Origin: Candidatus Iainarchaeum sp.
GTDB taxonomy: Archaea > Iainarchaeota > Iainarchaeia > Iainarchaeales > VGJJ01
Assembly (NCBI GenBank): GCA_030688545.1
Contig: JAUYHT010000006.1
Span: 240,001 to 272,000, forward strand
DNA: 32,000 nt
Direction: 5' to 3'
Position 1 is the stretch's first letter, and each line of letters starts with the position of its first letter. Under the pieces are notes generated by a model. It was not told the origin of the DNA. It did no database searches and saw only the letters and a list, made by a program, of their open reading frames with translations. Below, one piece after another: positions 9,103 through 17,063 of this stretch. The position numbers and the translations under genes were made by a program.

Positions 9103-9792
9103 TCACAATAATTGCTGGGTCTTCAACTCCTGCCCATTTTCAATGAGGGCTTTGAAACTGGCATACGCGCGGGCACTATTATGTTCCGATACCACAAAAT
9201 GCACCTCGGGGGGCACCCCCAACACCATGTGGGGTATTCCCGTCTTGGAGAGTTCCATTGACACCTCGCTCATGAGACTGGGAGATTTGAATGCCGCCAA
9301 TGGAATCTTGATCGTCACGATAGAGAAACCATGTTCAATCCGCAGCTGGTCGGGCGGAGGGATGCGTTCGAGGAGACGCGTCATCTTGCTTTGTTTGAGG
9401 AGTGCAATAATATGGGAGGATGACCCCATGATGATGCGGAATTCCGTGGACCCCCAGGGTTCCCCTTCGAGGGTGGAAAAAAGGATGTTTTCCACTTTCT
9501 CCGCGTTCTCGAGCATGGCAAACGACATCCCATCTTGAAGGGTGATGGAGGCTTTTTCCAGCATTTCCCTGAGATGGGGGTCATGGAGCCGGGTAGATTG
9601 CCGTTCCCCATATCGACGGATAGCGACCATCACCGAATCCACGTTAACCGTCTTCCCCATGTCCTTTTCGATGGCAGGCAACAGTTTGCGCGCCAACGCC
9701 GAATAATTAATGATGTCGTCGCGCAGGCCGGTCTTGATGAAGGGGTGCTCATCCAGGTAATGGGCGACCCATTCACTCACGGAATTGGCCAT
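9103..9792 (-). CDS. ACT-domain regulatory protein (archaeal COG2150-like)
   Basis: 229 aa. The N-terminal VAHYLDEHPFIKTGLRDDIINYSALARKL and the ACT-like C-terminal halves fit this family. TTATATA lies about 30 nt upstream of the ATG and there is no SD, so the transcript looks leaderless. Confidence 0.75.
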   Translation of the reverse strand: MANSVSEWVAHYLDEHPFIKTGLRDDIINYSALARKLLPAIEKDMGKTVNVDSVMVAIRRYGERQSTRLHDPHLREMLEKASITLQDGMSFAMLENAEKVENILFSTLEGEPWGSTEFRIIMGSSSHIIALLKQSKMTRLLERIPPPDQLRIEHGFSIVTIKIPLAAFKSPSLMSEVSMELSKTGIPHMVLGVPPEVHFVVSEHNSARAYASFKALIENGQELKTQQLL

Positions 9793-10007
9793 GCCACCAA
9801 AGGAGGGGATGAGCTATATAAGCAAACTTTTTTTGACATTCTGTTCTAATATAAACAATCCCCGCGCCGGATGATCCATTTAGGAAAAGAATGAAAGAGT
9901 AAATCTCCCATCATGCGAAATTGTTCCAAATTCTAATCTGGGGTGTCGGATTTGCGTATAGCGATAATTTATAGATTGAAAATCAAGTGGGAGTGGAGGT
10001 GTATGAT

Positions 10008-10261
10008 ATGGATGAAACCAGCCGCCACAATCGGGGAACCGAAAGCGTCAATATTATGCCCACCGTCTGGATGGAAAAAAAGTCCTCACCAACCAAGGAA
10101 AAGAGATGGGCAAGGTGAGAGATATCTGCCTCGACCAGAGGACCCTTGATTTCAGGGGGGTAGTCATCGATCGGGGACTCTTTGAAACCACCCTCTTCGT
10201 GGGGGAAGCACTATATCCAGGGGATTGGGGAGGATTCCCCTGTAGATCCCTCGCGTCCTAA
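10008..10261 (+). pseudogene. Frameshifted PRC-barrel gene remnant
   Basis: ATG 10008 has TAATTTATAG and GGAGGTG upstream, but that frame stops after 36 codons. The PRC-barrel signature RLDGKKVLTNQGKEMGKVRDICLD..GVVIDRGLF lies in frame -1 without a start codon. The expected continuation (FVG)KHYIQGIGEDS, compare FIGREYIQKMTKEG in 8526-8981, sits in yet another frame after a G5 run at 10200-10204. Confidence 0.45.
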
Positions 10262-10329
10262 AATAAGGACCATTCTCAAAAATAATTTTTTTATTATTCA
10301 TTCGCACAAACCAAGGAGGTGCGATTCGC

Positions 10330-10494
10330 ATGCCCGAAGCGTGGAGCCAAAAACGTGAGCGTCAATACAAGAAGATTAAGAAGTCCGTCCAAGACAGTGG
10401 AAAGTCGGCCGCCCGTGCCAAGGAAATAGCGGCAAGGACGGTGAACAAGACCCGCCGCCGGAAGGGCGAACTCAAAGGAAAGTCAATGTCATGA
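10330..10494 (+). CDS. Small basic protein (54 aa)
   Basis: Below the track's size cut-off. AAGGAGGT ends 9 nt before the ATG. Sequence: MPEAWSQKRERQYKKIKKSVQDSGKSAARAKEIAARTVNKTRRRKGELKGKSMS. Confidence 0.6.
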   Translation: MPEAWSQKRERQYKKIKKSVQDSGKSAARAKEIAARTVNKTRRRKGELKGKSMS

Positions 10495-10538
10495 GAATTT
10501 TGATCTCTGACATATCATGCCACAATACAAAAAAAAAT

Positions 10539-10577
10539 GAATGATAATCTTTCCCATCAACCAGGCGTGGAATGGAT
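10539..10577. repeat. 39-bp direct repeat, copy 1
   Basis: GAATGATAATCTTTCCCATCAACCAGGCGTGGAATGGAT matches 10727-10765 at 38 of 39 positions. Confidence 0.9.
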
Positions 10578-10585
10578 GACTTCCT

Positions 10586-10692
10586 CCGCGGCCTAAAGGC
10601 CGCGGTATCCAGTTAGGGAAGAACATCACAAGCTCGCGTGATTGCTTACCAAAAAATGGGCGACGCACAGTCGCCCTAAAGGGCGAGGTATC
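10586..10692. other. Cluster of GC-stem hairpins sharing a TAAA loop and a GTATCC tail
   Basis: CCGCGGCC-TAAA-GGCCGCGG-TATCCA lies at 10586-10611 and TCGCCC-TAAA-GGGCGA-GGTATCCA at 10671-10694. GGGCGAC (10658-64) can alternatively pair with GTCGCCC (10670-76). Confidence 0.6.
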
Positions 10693-10726
10693 CACCTTTT
10701 TCGCCAGCCTTTTTTCTAAAAAGGCC

Positions 10727-10765
10727 GAATGATAATCTTTCCCATTAACCAGGCGTGGAATGGAT
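10727..10765. repeat. 39-bp direct repeat, copy 2 (abuts the stop of the cupredoxin gene)
   Basis: See copy 1. A more diverged third copy (AATCTTT..CCCATTCTAACCAGG..CATTCCACG) lies at about 11262-11311, downstream of the second cupredoxin-like gene. Confidence 0.9.
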
Positions 10766-11208
10766 CAGTACCCTCCCCCAGGAGGAGGGTTTCCATCTCC
10801 ATTGGATGGCGGGGGTGGCGGTGGTTGGGAGGCGGGGGGAGTGGAAATGGTGTCCGGTGACCCTCCCGGCGACGCGGGGATGGTTCCGCCGGTTACCGTA
10901 ATCGATCCTTCGGGGAGGGTAGGGTGAAACACACATCGGTAAGAGAAGGTGCCCGTCTGCGCAAAAGTATAGGAATAGGTTCCCCCGGGCGGGATGCTTC
11001 CCGAATCAAAACCCAGGCCGGTGACGGTGTGCGCCACCGTGTCATCATTGCGCCAGGTCACCGTATCCCCTACCCCAATGGTCAATGTTTGAGGCACGTA
11101 ATTGAATCCCGTGATAGCGATGTCCGTTGGGGGAACTCCATTCCCAGGGGGTTGGGCGCACCCGGCGAGGAACAGCAATCCCAGGAGGGCAAGCACGAGT
11201 AGGCGCAT
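10765..11208 (-). CDS. Cupredoxin (amicyanin/plastocyanin-like) lipoprotein
   Basis: It has a signal peptide with lipobox LLFLAGC. VGDTVTWRNDDTVAHTV and YRCVFHPTLPEGSITV align with the type-1 copper loop Y-x-C-x2-H-x2-M, with Leu in place of Met. The tail is Pro/Gly-rich. Confidence 0.8.
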   Translation of the reverse strand: MRLLVLALLGLLFLAGCAQPPGNGVPPTDIAITGFNYVPQTLTIGVGDTVTWRNDDTVAHTVTGLGFDSGSIPPGGTYSYTFAQTGTFSYRCVFHPTLPEGSITVTGGTIPASPGGSPDTISTPPASQPPPPPPSNGDGNPPPGGGY

Positions 11209-11385
11209 GAATGAAGTTCTGTACGACCAATACTTATAAGGAAACTTTATTGGATCGGGAGAATCTTTGGGTATGAGCCCATTCTAACCAGGATATGGTG
11301 TCATTCCACGTATATCTTGAAAAACAATACGCTCGCGCCCTCATTCGAAAGGGCACCTCTGACTATCCCCACCCACCAGGGTAGG

Positions 11386-11823
11386 TCATCCCTCTTGCAC
11401 GATGATAGTTCCGAATAAATGAGGGGCCAAGTGGTCGTGGTATTTCCATTCCCCCACATGGTTGAAGGTAAATGAGAATTCCTCTCCATTTGACAATCCC
11501 CGACAGGCATCGAATGCGCTCCCCAAACAGCCGCCCCCCTCGGGATAAGCGTTATGCGTGGGATGCACCGCCGAGGCCGGCCAATGAGGGTTAGTATCCG
11601 TGTTGCGGAAGGTGATGGTTTCCCCCTGTGTAATCGTGATGGTTGATGGGAAAAACCCGGACGAGGTGATGAGAATAATGTTGGGTTCCCCGGAAGTGGG
11701 AGGCGCCGGAGTAGCGGGAGGCGCGGGAATAGGGGGATTTCCCGCATCGGCGGGCTGGGCGCACCCCGATAATATAACGAGGAGGCTGATAGAAATGAGA
11801 AAAACCATTTTGGAATGCGCCAT
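11386..11823 (-). CDS. Cupredoxin-like lipoprotein with a non-canonical site
   Basis: Lipobox VILSGC is present. GETITFRNTDTNPHWPAS and the terminal WKYHDHLAPHLFGTIIV resemble a cupredoxin C-terminal strand but lack the ligand Cys. There is an extra CLGSAFDAC pair. Confidence 0.65.
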   Translation of the reverse strand: MAHSKMVFLISISLLVILSGCAQPADAGNPPIPAPPATPAPPTSGEPNIILITSSGFFPSTITITQGETITFRNTDTNPHWPASAVHPTHNAYPEGGGCLGSAFDACRGLSNGEEFSFTFNHVGEWKYHDHLAPHLFGTIIVQEG

Positions 11824-11867
11824 ACCCCCTTATCCATTTTCTAGTATAAAAAAGGATAGTGAGGGCC

Positions 11868-14156
11868 TCATTTCCGGGGGCGATAATTCTTCATGAGAAG
11901 GGAATTGGAGACCACGGAGACACTGCTGAAGGCCATGGCTGTGCCCGCGATGACCGGGCTGAGCAGCCATCCTGTGTAGGGAAATAGGATGCCCGCGGCG
12001 ATGGGTATTCCAATAATATTGTAGATGAAGGCCCAGAAGAAATTCTGCCTGATTTTTTTGAGGGTGTAATGACTGATGTCTATCGCTATGACCACATCCC
12101 GGAGGGAATTCTTGACGAGGATAATGTCTCCCGTCTCAATGGCCACGTCGGTGCCGGAACCAATGGCAATGCCCACGTCGGCTTGGGCGAGAGCGGGAGC
12201 ATCATTCACTCCATCTCCCACCATGGCGACCTTTTTTCCGTCTGATTGGAGGCGCTTGATTATTTTGGCTTTGTCCTCGGGCAACACCTCCGCTATGACC
12301 CGGTGAATCCCAACCTGCCTTCCAATGGCCTCCGCGGTGCGGGGATTATCTCCCGTGAGCAAGATGGTTTCTTTTCCCATTTTTTGCAAGGAAGCAATAG
12401 CCGCAGACGAATCTTCTTTCACAGTGTCCGCGACTGCTATCAATCCCGTTAATCGGTCATTGATTCCCACAAGCATGACGGTTTTCCCCTCGTGCTCGAG
12501 GCGGGCCATTTCATTTTCTGCATTCGTTATAGCGATTCGGTGCTCGGTAAATAGTTTGCGCGTCCCGATGAGAACTCTTTTGCTCCCCGCCCGCGCCGTC
12601 ACCCCCCCTCCCGGGATGGATTCAAATTTAGTAGTGGGAGGTAAAGAAATGCGTGATTTTTTGGCCGCCGAAACAATGGCCTCCGCGAGAGGGTGCTCGG
12701 ATAGTTGTTCCACGGCCGCAGCAATCCCGAGCAGTTCCTTTTCACTCACCTGGAAAAGCGGAATGACATCCGTGACTTCAGGTTTTCCATGCGTAATGGT
12801 TCCCGTCTTGTCGAACACAATCACATCCAATGATTTCACGCGCTCAAATGCGGCCGCGTTCTTGAAAAGAATACCATTCTCCGCCCCTAAACCCGTGCCC
12901 ACCATCACTGCGGTGGGAGTGGCCAGTCCGATGGCACAGGGGCACGCGATAATGAGTACCGTAACGAAAACCGTCAATGCGAACAGGAAGGGTTGTCCAG
13001 CGATGAAAAACCAGAATAGCCCGGAGAGAATGGCAATGATAATCACGATGGGCACAAATACTTCCGCGACCCGGTCCGCGAAGGCTTGGATGGGGGCTTT
13101 GCTCCCTTGCGCTTCTTCCACGATCTGAACAATTTGGGCCAGCATGGTATCCTTGCCCACTTTTTGGGCGCGAAATAAGAATGATCCTGTCTTGTTGATC
13201 GTGCTCCCTATCACGGTGTCACCAGGGTTCTTCTCCACGGGAATGCTTTCTCCGGTAATCATGCTCTCGTCAATGGAAGAATGGCCCTGGGTTACGGTAC
13301 CATCCACCGGAACCTTCTGCCCGGGCTTAACCCGGATGATGTCGCCCACTTTAACTTCTTCGATGGGAATTGACACTTCTTTTCCATTTCGGATGACAAT
13401 CGCGGTTTTGGCTTGGAGTCCTAACAATTTTTGCATGGCCGCGGACGTTTGTCCCTTGGCGCGGGCCTCGAAGTATTTTCCCAATAGAATAAAGGTAATT
13501 AGAAAAGCGGCTACCTCAAAGTACAAATCCTTCATGGAGAAGAGCGTGGATCCCGTGAGCATGGCGAGGGAGGCAATGACACTATACACGTAGGCGGAAC
13601 CCACTCCCACGGCAACTAACGTATCCATGTTGGGGGATAGGACATTTTTCAATCCCCGAATGAAGAATTCCCGGCCAATCCATAATACAATGGTGGACAG
13701 GACCAATTGGATAATGATCTCGTTTGCGTGAATGAAAGAAGGAACTGGCAAAGGGAAAAAATTGGCTAACATCAAATACATGAGGGGAAGGGAAAGAATG
13801 AAAGAGAAGAGAAACTTTTGTTTGTAAGCCTCGACCTCTCCTTCCTTTAATTGAGCATGATCATGATGAGAACCGCCACCATGGGATGAATGATTCATAC
13901 CCATAGGAGAATCTCCCATTCCTGGGTACAACTCATACCCTACTTTCTTTACGGCTTCCGCTAATTGTTTCTCGGTAACCGATTCATCGCTGGTCACGAA
14001 AGCTTTTTCCGAGGCAAAATTCACCGAGGCTAAATGTACCCCCGGGACTTTCCTCAATGCTTTCTCAATGGTGAGGGAGCATGAGGCGCAGTGCATACCC
14101 TTGATGGCGAAACTCCTTTTCTGGAGTGTGTCTGAATCCTTATCCATGTGTATCAT
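11868..14156 (-). CDS. copA: Copper-translocating P1B-type ATPase
   Basis: 762 aa with an N-terminal HMA domain [15 protein letters not shown], a His/Met-rich linker, TGES (ITGESIPV), CPC ([12 protein letters not shown]), DKTGT (FDKTGTIT) and [10 protein letters not shown]. Confidence 0.95.
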   Translation of the reverse strand: MIHMDKDSDTLQKRSFAIKGMHCASCSLTIEKALRKVPGVHLASVNFASEKAFVTSDESVTEKQLAEAVKKVGYELYPGMGDSPMGMNHSSHGGGSHHDHAQLKEGEVEAYKQKFLFSFILSLPLMYLMLANFFPLPVPSFIHANEIIIQLVLSTIVLWIGREFFIRGLKNVLSPNMDTLVAVGVGSAYVYSVIASLAMLTGSTLFSMKDLYFEVAAFLITFILLGKYFEARAKGQTSAAMQKLLGLQAKTAIVIRNGKEVSIPIEEVKVGDIIRVKPGQKVPVDGTVTQGHSSIDESMITGESIPVEKNPGDTVIGSTINKTGSFLFRAQKVGKDTMLAQIVQIVEEAQGSKAPIQAFADRVAEVFVPIVIIIAILSGLFWFFIAGQPFLFALTVFVTVLIIACPCAIGLATPTAVMVGTGLGAENGILFKNAAAFERVKSLDVIVFDKTGTITHGKPEVTDVIPLFQVSEKELLGIAAAVEQLSEHPLAEAIVSAAKKSRISLPPTTKFESIPGGGVTARAGSKRVLIGTRKLFTEHRIAITNAENEMARLEHEGKTVMLVGINDRLTGLIAVADTVKEDSSAAIASLQKMGKETILLTGDNPRTAEAIGRQVGIHRVIAEVLPEDKAKIIKRLQSDGKKVAMVGDGVNDAPALAQADVGIAIGSGTDVAIETGDIILVKNSLRDVVIAIDISHYTLKKIRQNFFWAFIYNIIGIPIAAGILFPYTGWLLSPVIAGTAMAFSSVSVVSNSLLMKNYRPRK

Positions 14157-14176
14157 GACCTCAATCCAATTTTATT

Positions 14177-14227
14177 GGAGTAACCCAAACTTCAATTCAA
14201 TTAACCATTCCTCATTTTCAAGTAACC
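14177..14227. promoter_or_regulatory. Phased direct repeats upstream of copA
   Basis: TTCAATTAACC lies at 14196-14206 and TTCAAGTAACC at 14217-14227, with a third GTAACC at 14180-14185. The three TAACC ends are exactly 21 bp apart, 20-70 nt upstream of the copA start. Confidence 0.3.
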
Positions 14228-14317
14228 TTTTCTGGGAAAAAACATACAGCGCCCCAACCCAATACATGGGACGCCGATGACTTAAACGCCCCTCCGCATC
14301 GCCAATAATCAATAGGT

Positions 14318-14563
14318 TCAGGCAAATCGGTTGTAGATGAATGCTATCACGTACCCGAATAGGAACCCCATGATGCCGGCTTCGATAATGCCGAACAGGA
14401 TGCCGATAGGAGAGAGGGTGAAGAACATGTGGGATTGCATCATCATCTGCGCCATCCCCCCATACATCCCCCAATTCCCGATAATCCCTAACACGAGCAT
14501 GCTCAAAGCCGAAACCCCGGCTCCAGCCAATCCCAATGCCATCACATTCAATTTAGTCACCAT
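14318..14563 (-). CDS. Small Met-rich membrane protein (81 aa)
   Basis: Two to three TM helices with a GMYGGMAQMMMQSHM stretch. GGAGGGAGG and A/T-rich boxes lie upstream. It sits directly upstream of copA. Confidence 0.65.
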   Translation of the reverse strand: MVTKLNVMALGLAGAGVSALSMLVLGIIGNWGMYGGMAQMMMQSHMFFTLSPIGILFGIIEAGIMGFLFGYVIAFIYNRFA

Positions 14564-14702
14564 TTTCCAATCAACCTCCCTCCGCTCACGCAGTCCGTTT
14601 TGTTATTTCACTGATAATGTCGATAGGACATTTCTAAATTCCCTCGTTTATATTCTTTTTTCTTTATACTCTCCTCGAATCGATTGGATAGCCAACTCAT
14701 GT

Positions 14703-15176
14703 TCATGAACCAGCCCCCCAGACGAAAACCCGTTCGGCCGCCCCACCCACTCCTCGCAGGCGTAACGTCAGCATCCGAGCGTCTTCCACGATGGGAAACA
14801 AGAGGATTCCGCTCCGATGATGACCCCCGGGAGGGCTTCCTTCCCATCCCAATGCGGCGTACGTTTTCCCTCTTCCATCCTCGAGCACGCTGACCTGAGT
14901 TAAATCTTCTTCCAGGGAGATGCGATGGTTGTCTAATGTCACATCGAACCGAATACCGTCTGAGGAGATGACCTTGGGGGTCACACTCACGGTTACCTCA
15001 TTCTGGTTGTCCACGAGCGAGGTGAAATCGGACGCACGCAGGGGGGCGGATTCCATCCCTGAGGGGGAAGGACTCTCAAGGAATAATCCATATCCCACCA
15101 CCCCTACCACTAACACAAAGGCGAGCACCAGGCCCGCTCCTAAAATTTCTTTCGTTTGACTCAATGCACTCGTCAT
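14703..15176 (-). CDS. Membrane-anchored extracytoplasmic beta-rich protein with a GGHH motif (operon gene 6)
   Basis: It has an N-terminal TM helix, then VTVSVTPKVIS..FDVTLDNHRISLEED..WEGSPPGGHHRSGILLF. The start is set at ATG 15176, 1 nt after the upstream TAA, with GAGGAGGG upstream. Confidence 0.7.
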   Translation of the reverse strand: MTSALSQTKEILGAGLVLAFVLVVGVVGYGLFLESPSPSGMESAPLRASDFTSLVDNQNEVTVSVTPKVISSDGIRFDVTLDNHRISLEEDLTQVSVLEDGRGKTYAALGWEGSPPGGHHRSGILLFPIVEDARMLTLRLRGVGGAAERVFVWGAGS

Positions 15177-15177
15177 T

Positions 15178-15651
15178 TTATCCCTCCTCATTTTGTTTTT
15201 GGATAATCGTTTGGGTTTGAAAAGAAAGGGCGTCGGTCAATAATCCATGCGTCTCAAGGACGGTGAGCATGTGCACTAACCCATACGCTCCCGCCAGGAG
15301 ACCAAAACCAAGGAATATTTGTTCATAGGACGCGAGCGCCGCGGCGATCCCCGCCATCCCTAATAGGGGAAATAAATCCAATACGTGATGCGCGCAGCAG
15401 GCAGCCATGCTTCCTGCGGATACCCCTCCCGCGGCCATCATGGCGGGGTTGGCTTTTCGCACGCGGTGCGCGAACGCATACAATCCCATCTGCGCTCCGA
15501 ATAATCCCACTAATGGAAGGAGGAGGAAGCCATTGCGCTGGAGGCTGTCCAGGGCGTGCGCTTCTCCATTCAGTAGCGTGAGCAGTCCTAAATAGGCGGC
15601 GAGGAGGAGTACCGATGCCAGAAGGCCAATGCCAATATCCTGTTTCTCCAT
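15178..15651 (-). CDS. Polytopic membrane protein with a CCAHH motif (operon gene 5)
   Basis: About 4 TM helices, with SMAACCAHHVLDLFP inside a helix. The start could be ATG 15651 (AAGGAG 8 nt upstream) or ATG 15657 (TGATG overlap with the upstream stop). Confidence 0.7.
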   Translation of the reverse strand: MEKQDIGIGLLASVLLLAAYLGLLTLLNGEAHALDSLQRNGFLLLPLVGLFGAQMGLYAFAHRVRKANPAMMAAGGVSAGSMAACCAHHVLDLFPLLGMAGIAAALASYEQIFLGFGLLAGAYGLVHMLTVLETHGLLTDALSFQTQTIIQKQNEEG

Positions 15652-15656
15652 CCTCA

Positions 15657-16199
15657 TCACTCCTTACAGCAGTCTACAAGTTTAGTGAAGAGTGCTGTCG
15701 CCTTCTGCATGGTAGTCGGGGGATCGGGAATCGAGGAAACGGGCGCCAGAATAGGTCTTCCTTTTTCCTTTTTTTCCATGGGAATATTCAACACAAAGAA
15801 AAGAGATAGAAGTTCAAATGCATGCGTAAAGAAGGGGAGGGCTTCCTTTTCTTGGTCGCGGGAATGGAGCTTGGTCCCCACCTCATACAGGCGCATGCTG
15901 GCCGCCAGCAGATGCTTGGAGGCGCACCATTCCTCCCCTTGTGGATTTTTGACCACCATTTTCATGGTTTCCTGACGCATGCCCCGGATCTCCTGCATGT
16001 AATCCAGGTATTTCGTTTCCTTGGTTTTGGCAAATGAAAAATAGAAATGCTCCTCCAGGCTGACGAGATTCATGAGGCCGATGGCCAAATCCTCGAGCGT
16101 GGACAAATCCCCTCCCTTCGTTTGAAAATCGTCGGGAAATGGATTCTCCTTTTTTCCATGAGAAATAGGATGCGAGGCGGAGGGAACATGGATCGCCAT
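15657..16199 (-). CDS. Soluble helical protein ending in DCCKE (operon gene 4)
   Basis: 180 aa counted from ATG 16199, 1 nt after the upstream TGA. It has no TM segment, an internal EEWCASKH and a C-terminal LVDCCKE. The track's longer start at 16235 overlaps the upstream gene. Confidence 0.65.
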   Translation of the reverse strand: MAIHVPSASHPISHGKKENPFPDDFQTKGGDLSTLEDLAIGLMNLVSLEEHFYFSFAKTKETKYLDYMQEIRGMRQETMKMVVKNPQGEEWCASKHLLAASMRLYEVGTKLHSRDQEKEALPFFTHAFELLSLFFVLNIPMEKKEKGRPILAPVSSIPDPPTTMQKATALFTKLVDCCKE

Positions 16200-16200
16200 G

Positions 16201-16740
16201 TCAAGCCACCCCCCACTGCAACAGGGCCGCGGCACTCCCTACGAGAAGGAGGGAGAGCAAAACCCCTTGATATGGGATGAGGCTCTTTCCCCTGGTTTTA
16301 CGAATACGCCCGTGCAGGCCATGCGCGACCAGCGCGGCAACCCCCCCGATGGCCACTCCCAAGTAGGATTTTTCAATCCAGTATACTTTATTGAGAAGCC
16401 CCCCGCTCTCTCCAAGGAGGCGCAGCGGCAATAGTATTTGGTCCGAGGGCAAGGCGTTCACGGCGATCGCGGTGAGGAGAAAGGTTCCCCCGATGACGAG
16501 CGCATCCTGGTGGGGAACGTATTTTTTCTTCATGGCCTGGGCGAACATCAACCCCATCACCATTCCCGCACCCCCCACAAAAGCCCCCACGGCTCCCAGG
16601 CCCATTCCCAAATAGGAAGCCGTCACCGCGCCCGTTCCCACGGCGAGCGTGCAGAGGGGGCAGTGGGCGTGAACCACGGGGCTTAACCCCAGGAGAGGGA
16701 CCCCGAAGAGTCCCCCGCGCAGGAGGGAGGGTGCGTTCAT
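16201..16740 (-). CDS. Polytopic membrane protein with an HAHCPLC motif (operon gene 3)
   Basis: 179 aa, Gly/Ala-rich TM helices, with VVHAHCPLCTLAVG at the first helix. Confidence 0.75.
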   Translation of the reverse strand: MNAPSLLRGGLFGVPLLGLSPVVHAHCPLCTLAVGTGAVTASYLGMGLGAVGAFVGGAGMVMGLMFAQAMKKKYVPHQDALVIGGTFLLTAIAVNALPSDQILLPLRLLGESGGLLNKVYWIEKSYLGVAIGGVAALVAHGLHGRIRKTRGKSLIPYQGVLLSLLLVGSAAALLQWGVA

Positions 16741-16741
16741 A

Positions 16742-17062
16742 TCAGCACCCGCCTACCATGGTTGGGGCGGCCGACGGAGCCGCGCTCGGCGTATTGGATG
16801 GGGCTGCGGGAGCAACGATATTCCCACTGAGCAACGCTCCGCCCGATCCGTTTACCTGCCGGATGTCCGCGGCGAGTTCCCCCACCTGGAGGAATTGCAC
16901 CACGCTCATCGCGAGCAGGAGAAAGGCTCCCAGGATCAGGAAATAAGACACGGTGTTTCTTTCCGGGGAGGCGACCTCTTTCCCGGCTTCCTCATGTTGG
17001 GTGGGCGCACCCTCTTTTCCGTGCGCAGAGTGGTTTTTACAACAGTCCATGTGTTCGCTCAT
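16742..17062 (-). CDS. Bitopic protein: N-terminal MDCCKNHSAH, one TM helix, Pro/Ala/Ser linker, C-terminal MVGGC (operon gene 2)
   Basis: 106-aa ORF. The ATG is 1 nt after the upstream TAA. Confidence 0.7.
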   Translation of the reverse strand: MSEHMDCCKNHSAHGKEGAPTQHEEAGKEVASPERNTVSYFLILGAFLLLAMSVVQFLQVGELAADIRQVNGSGGALLSGNIVAPAAPSNTPSAAPSAAPTMVGGC

Positions 17063-17063
17063 A

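Noticed and set aside
10489-10695. 68-aa minus-strand ORF across the repeat and hairpin region
   Set aside because: It spans direct repeats and palindromes, has no start signals, and reads through a remnant of a gene's 3' end. It is most likely non-coding.
11301-11837. 178-aa ORF overlapping the second cupredoxin-like gene in another frame
   Set aside because: It is Pro/Arg/Ser-rich without a signal or fold pattern. The 145-aa frame has a lipobox and cupredoxin-like strands.
12076-13593. Plus-strand ORFs antisense to copA (up to 267 aa, 12325-13128)
   Set aside because: copA carries every P1B-ATPase signature on the minus strand. The antisense products are Ser/Thr/Ala/Pro-rich with no motifs.
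16200-16235. Longer N-terminal extensions offered by the track (for example 16235, 15191, 15660, 8413, 9002, 7789, 25863, 25983, 26787, 30439)
   Set aside because: Most begin at GTG or TTG, overlap the upstream gene, or bury the SD inside the coding region. An internal ATG with a correctly spaced GGAGG or TATA-like box was preferred. Both options are noted in the feature evidence.
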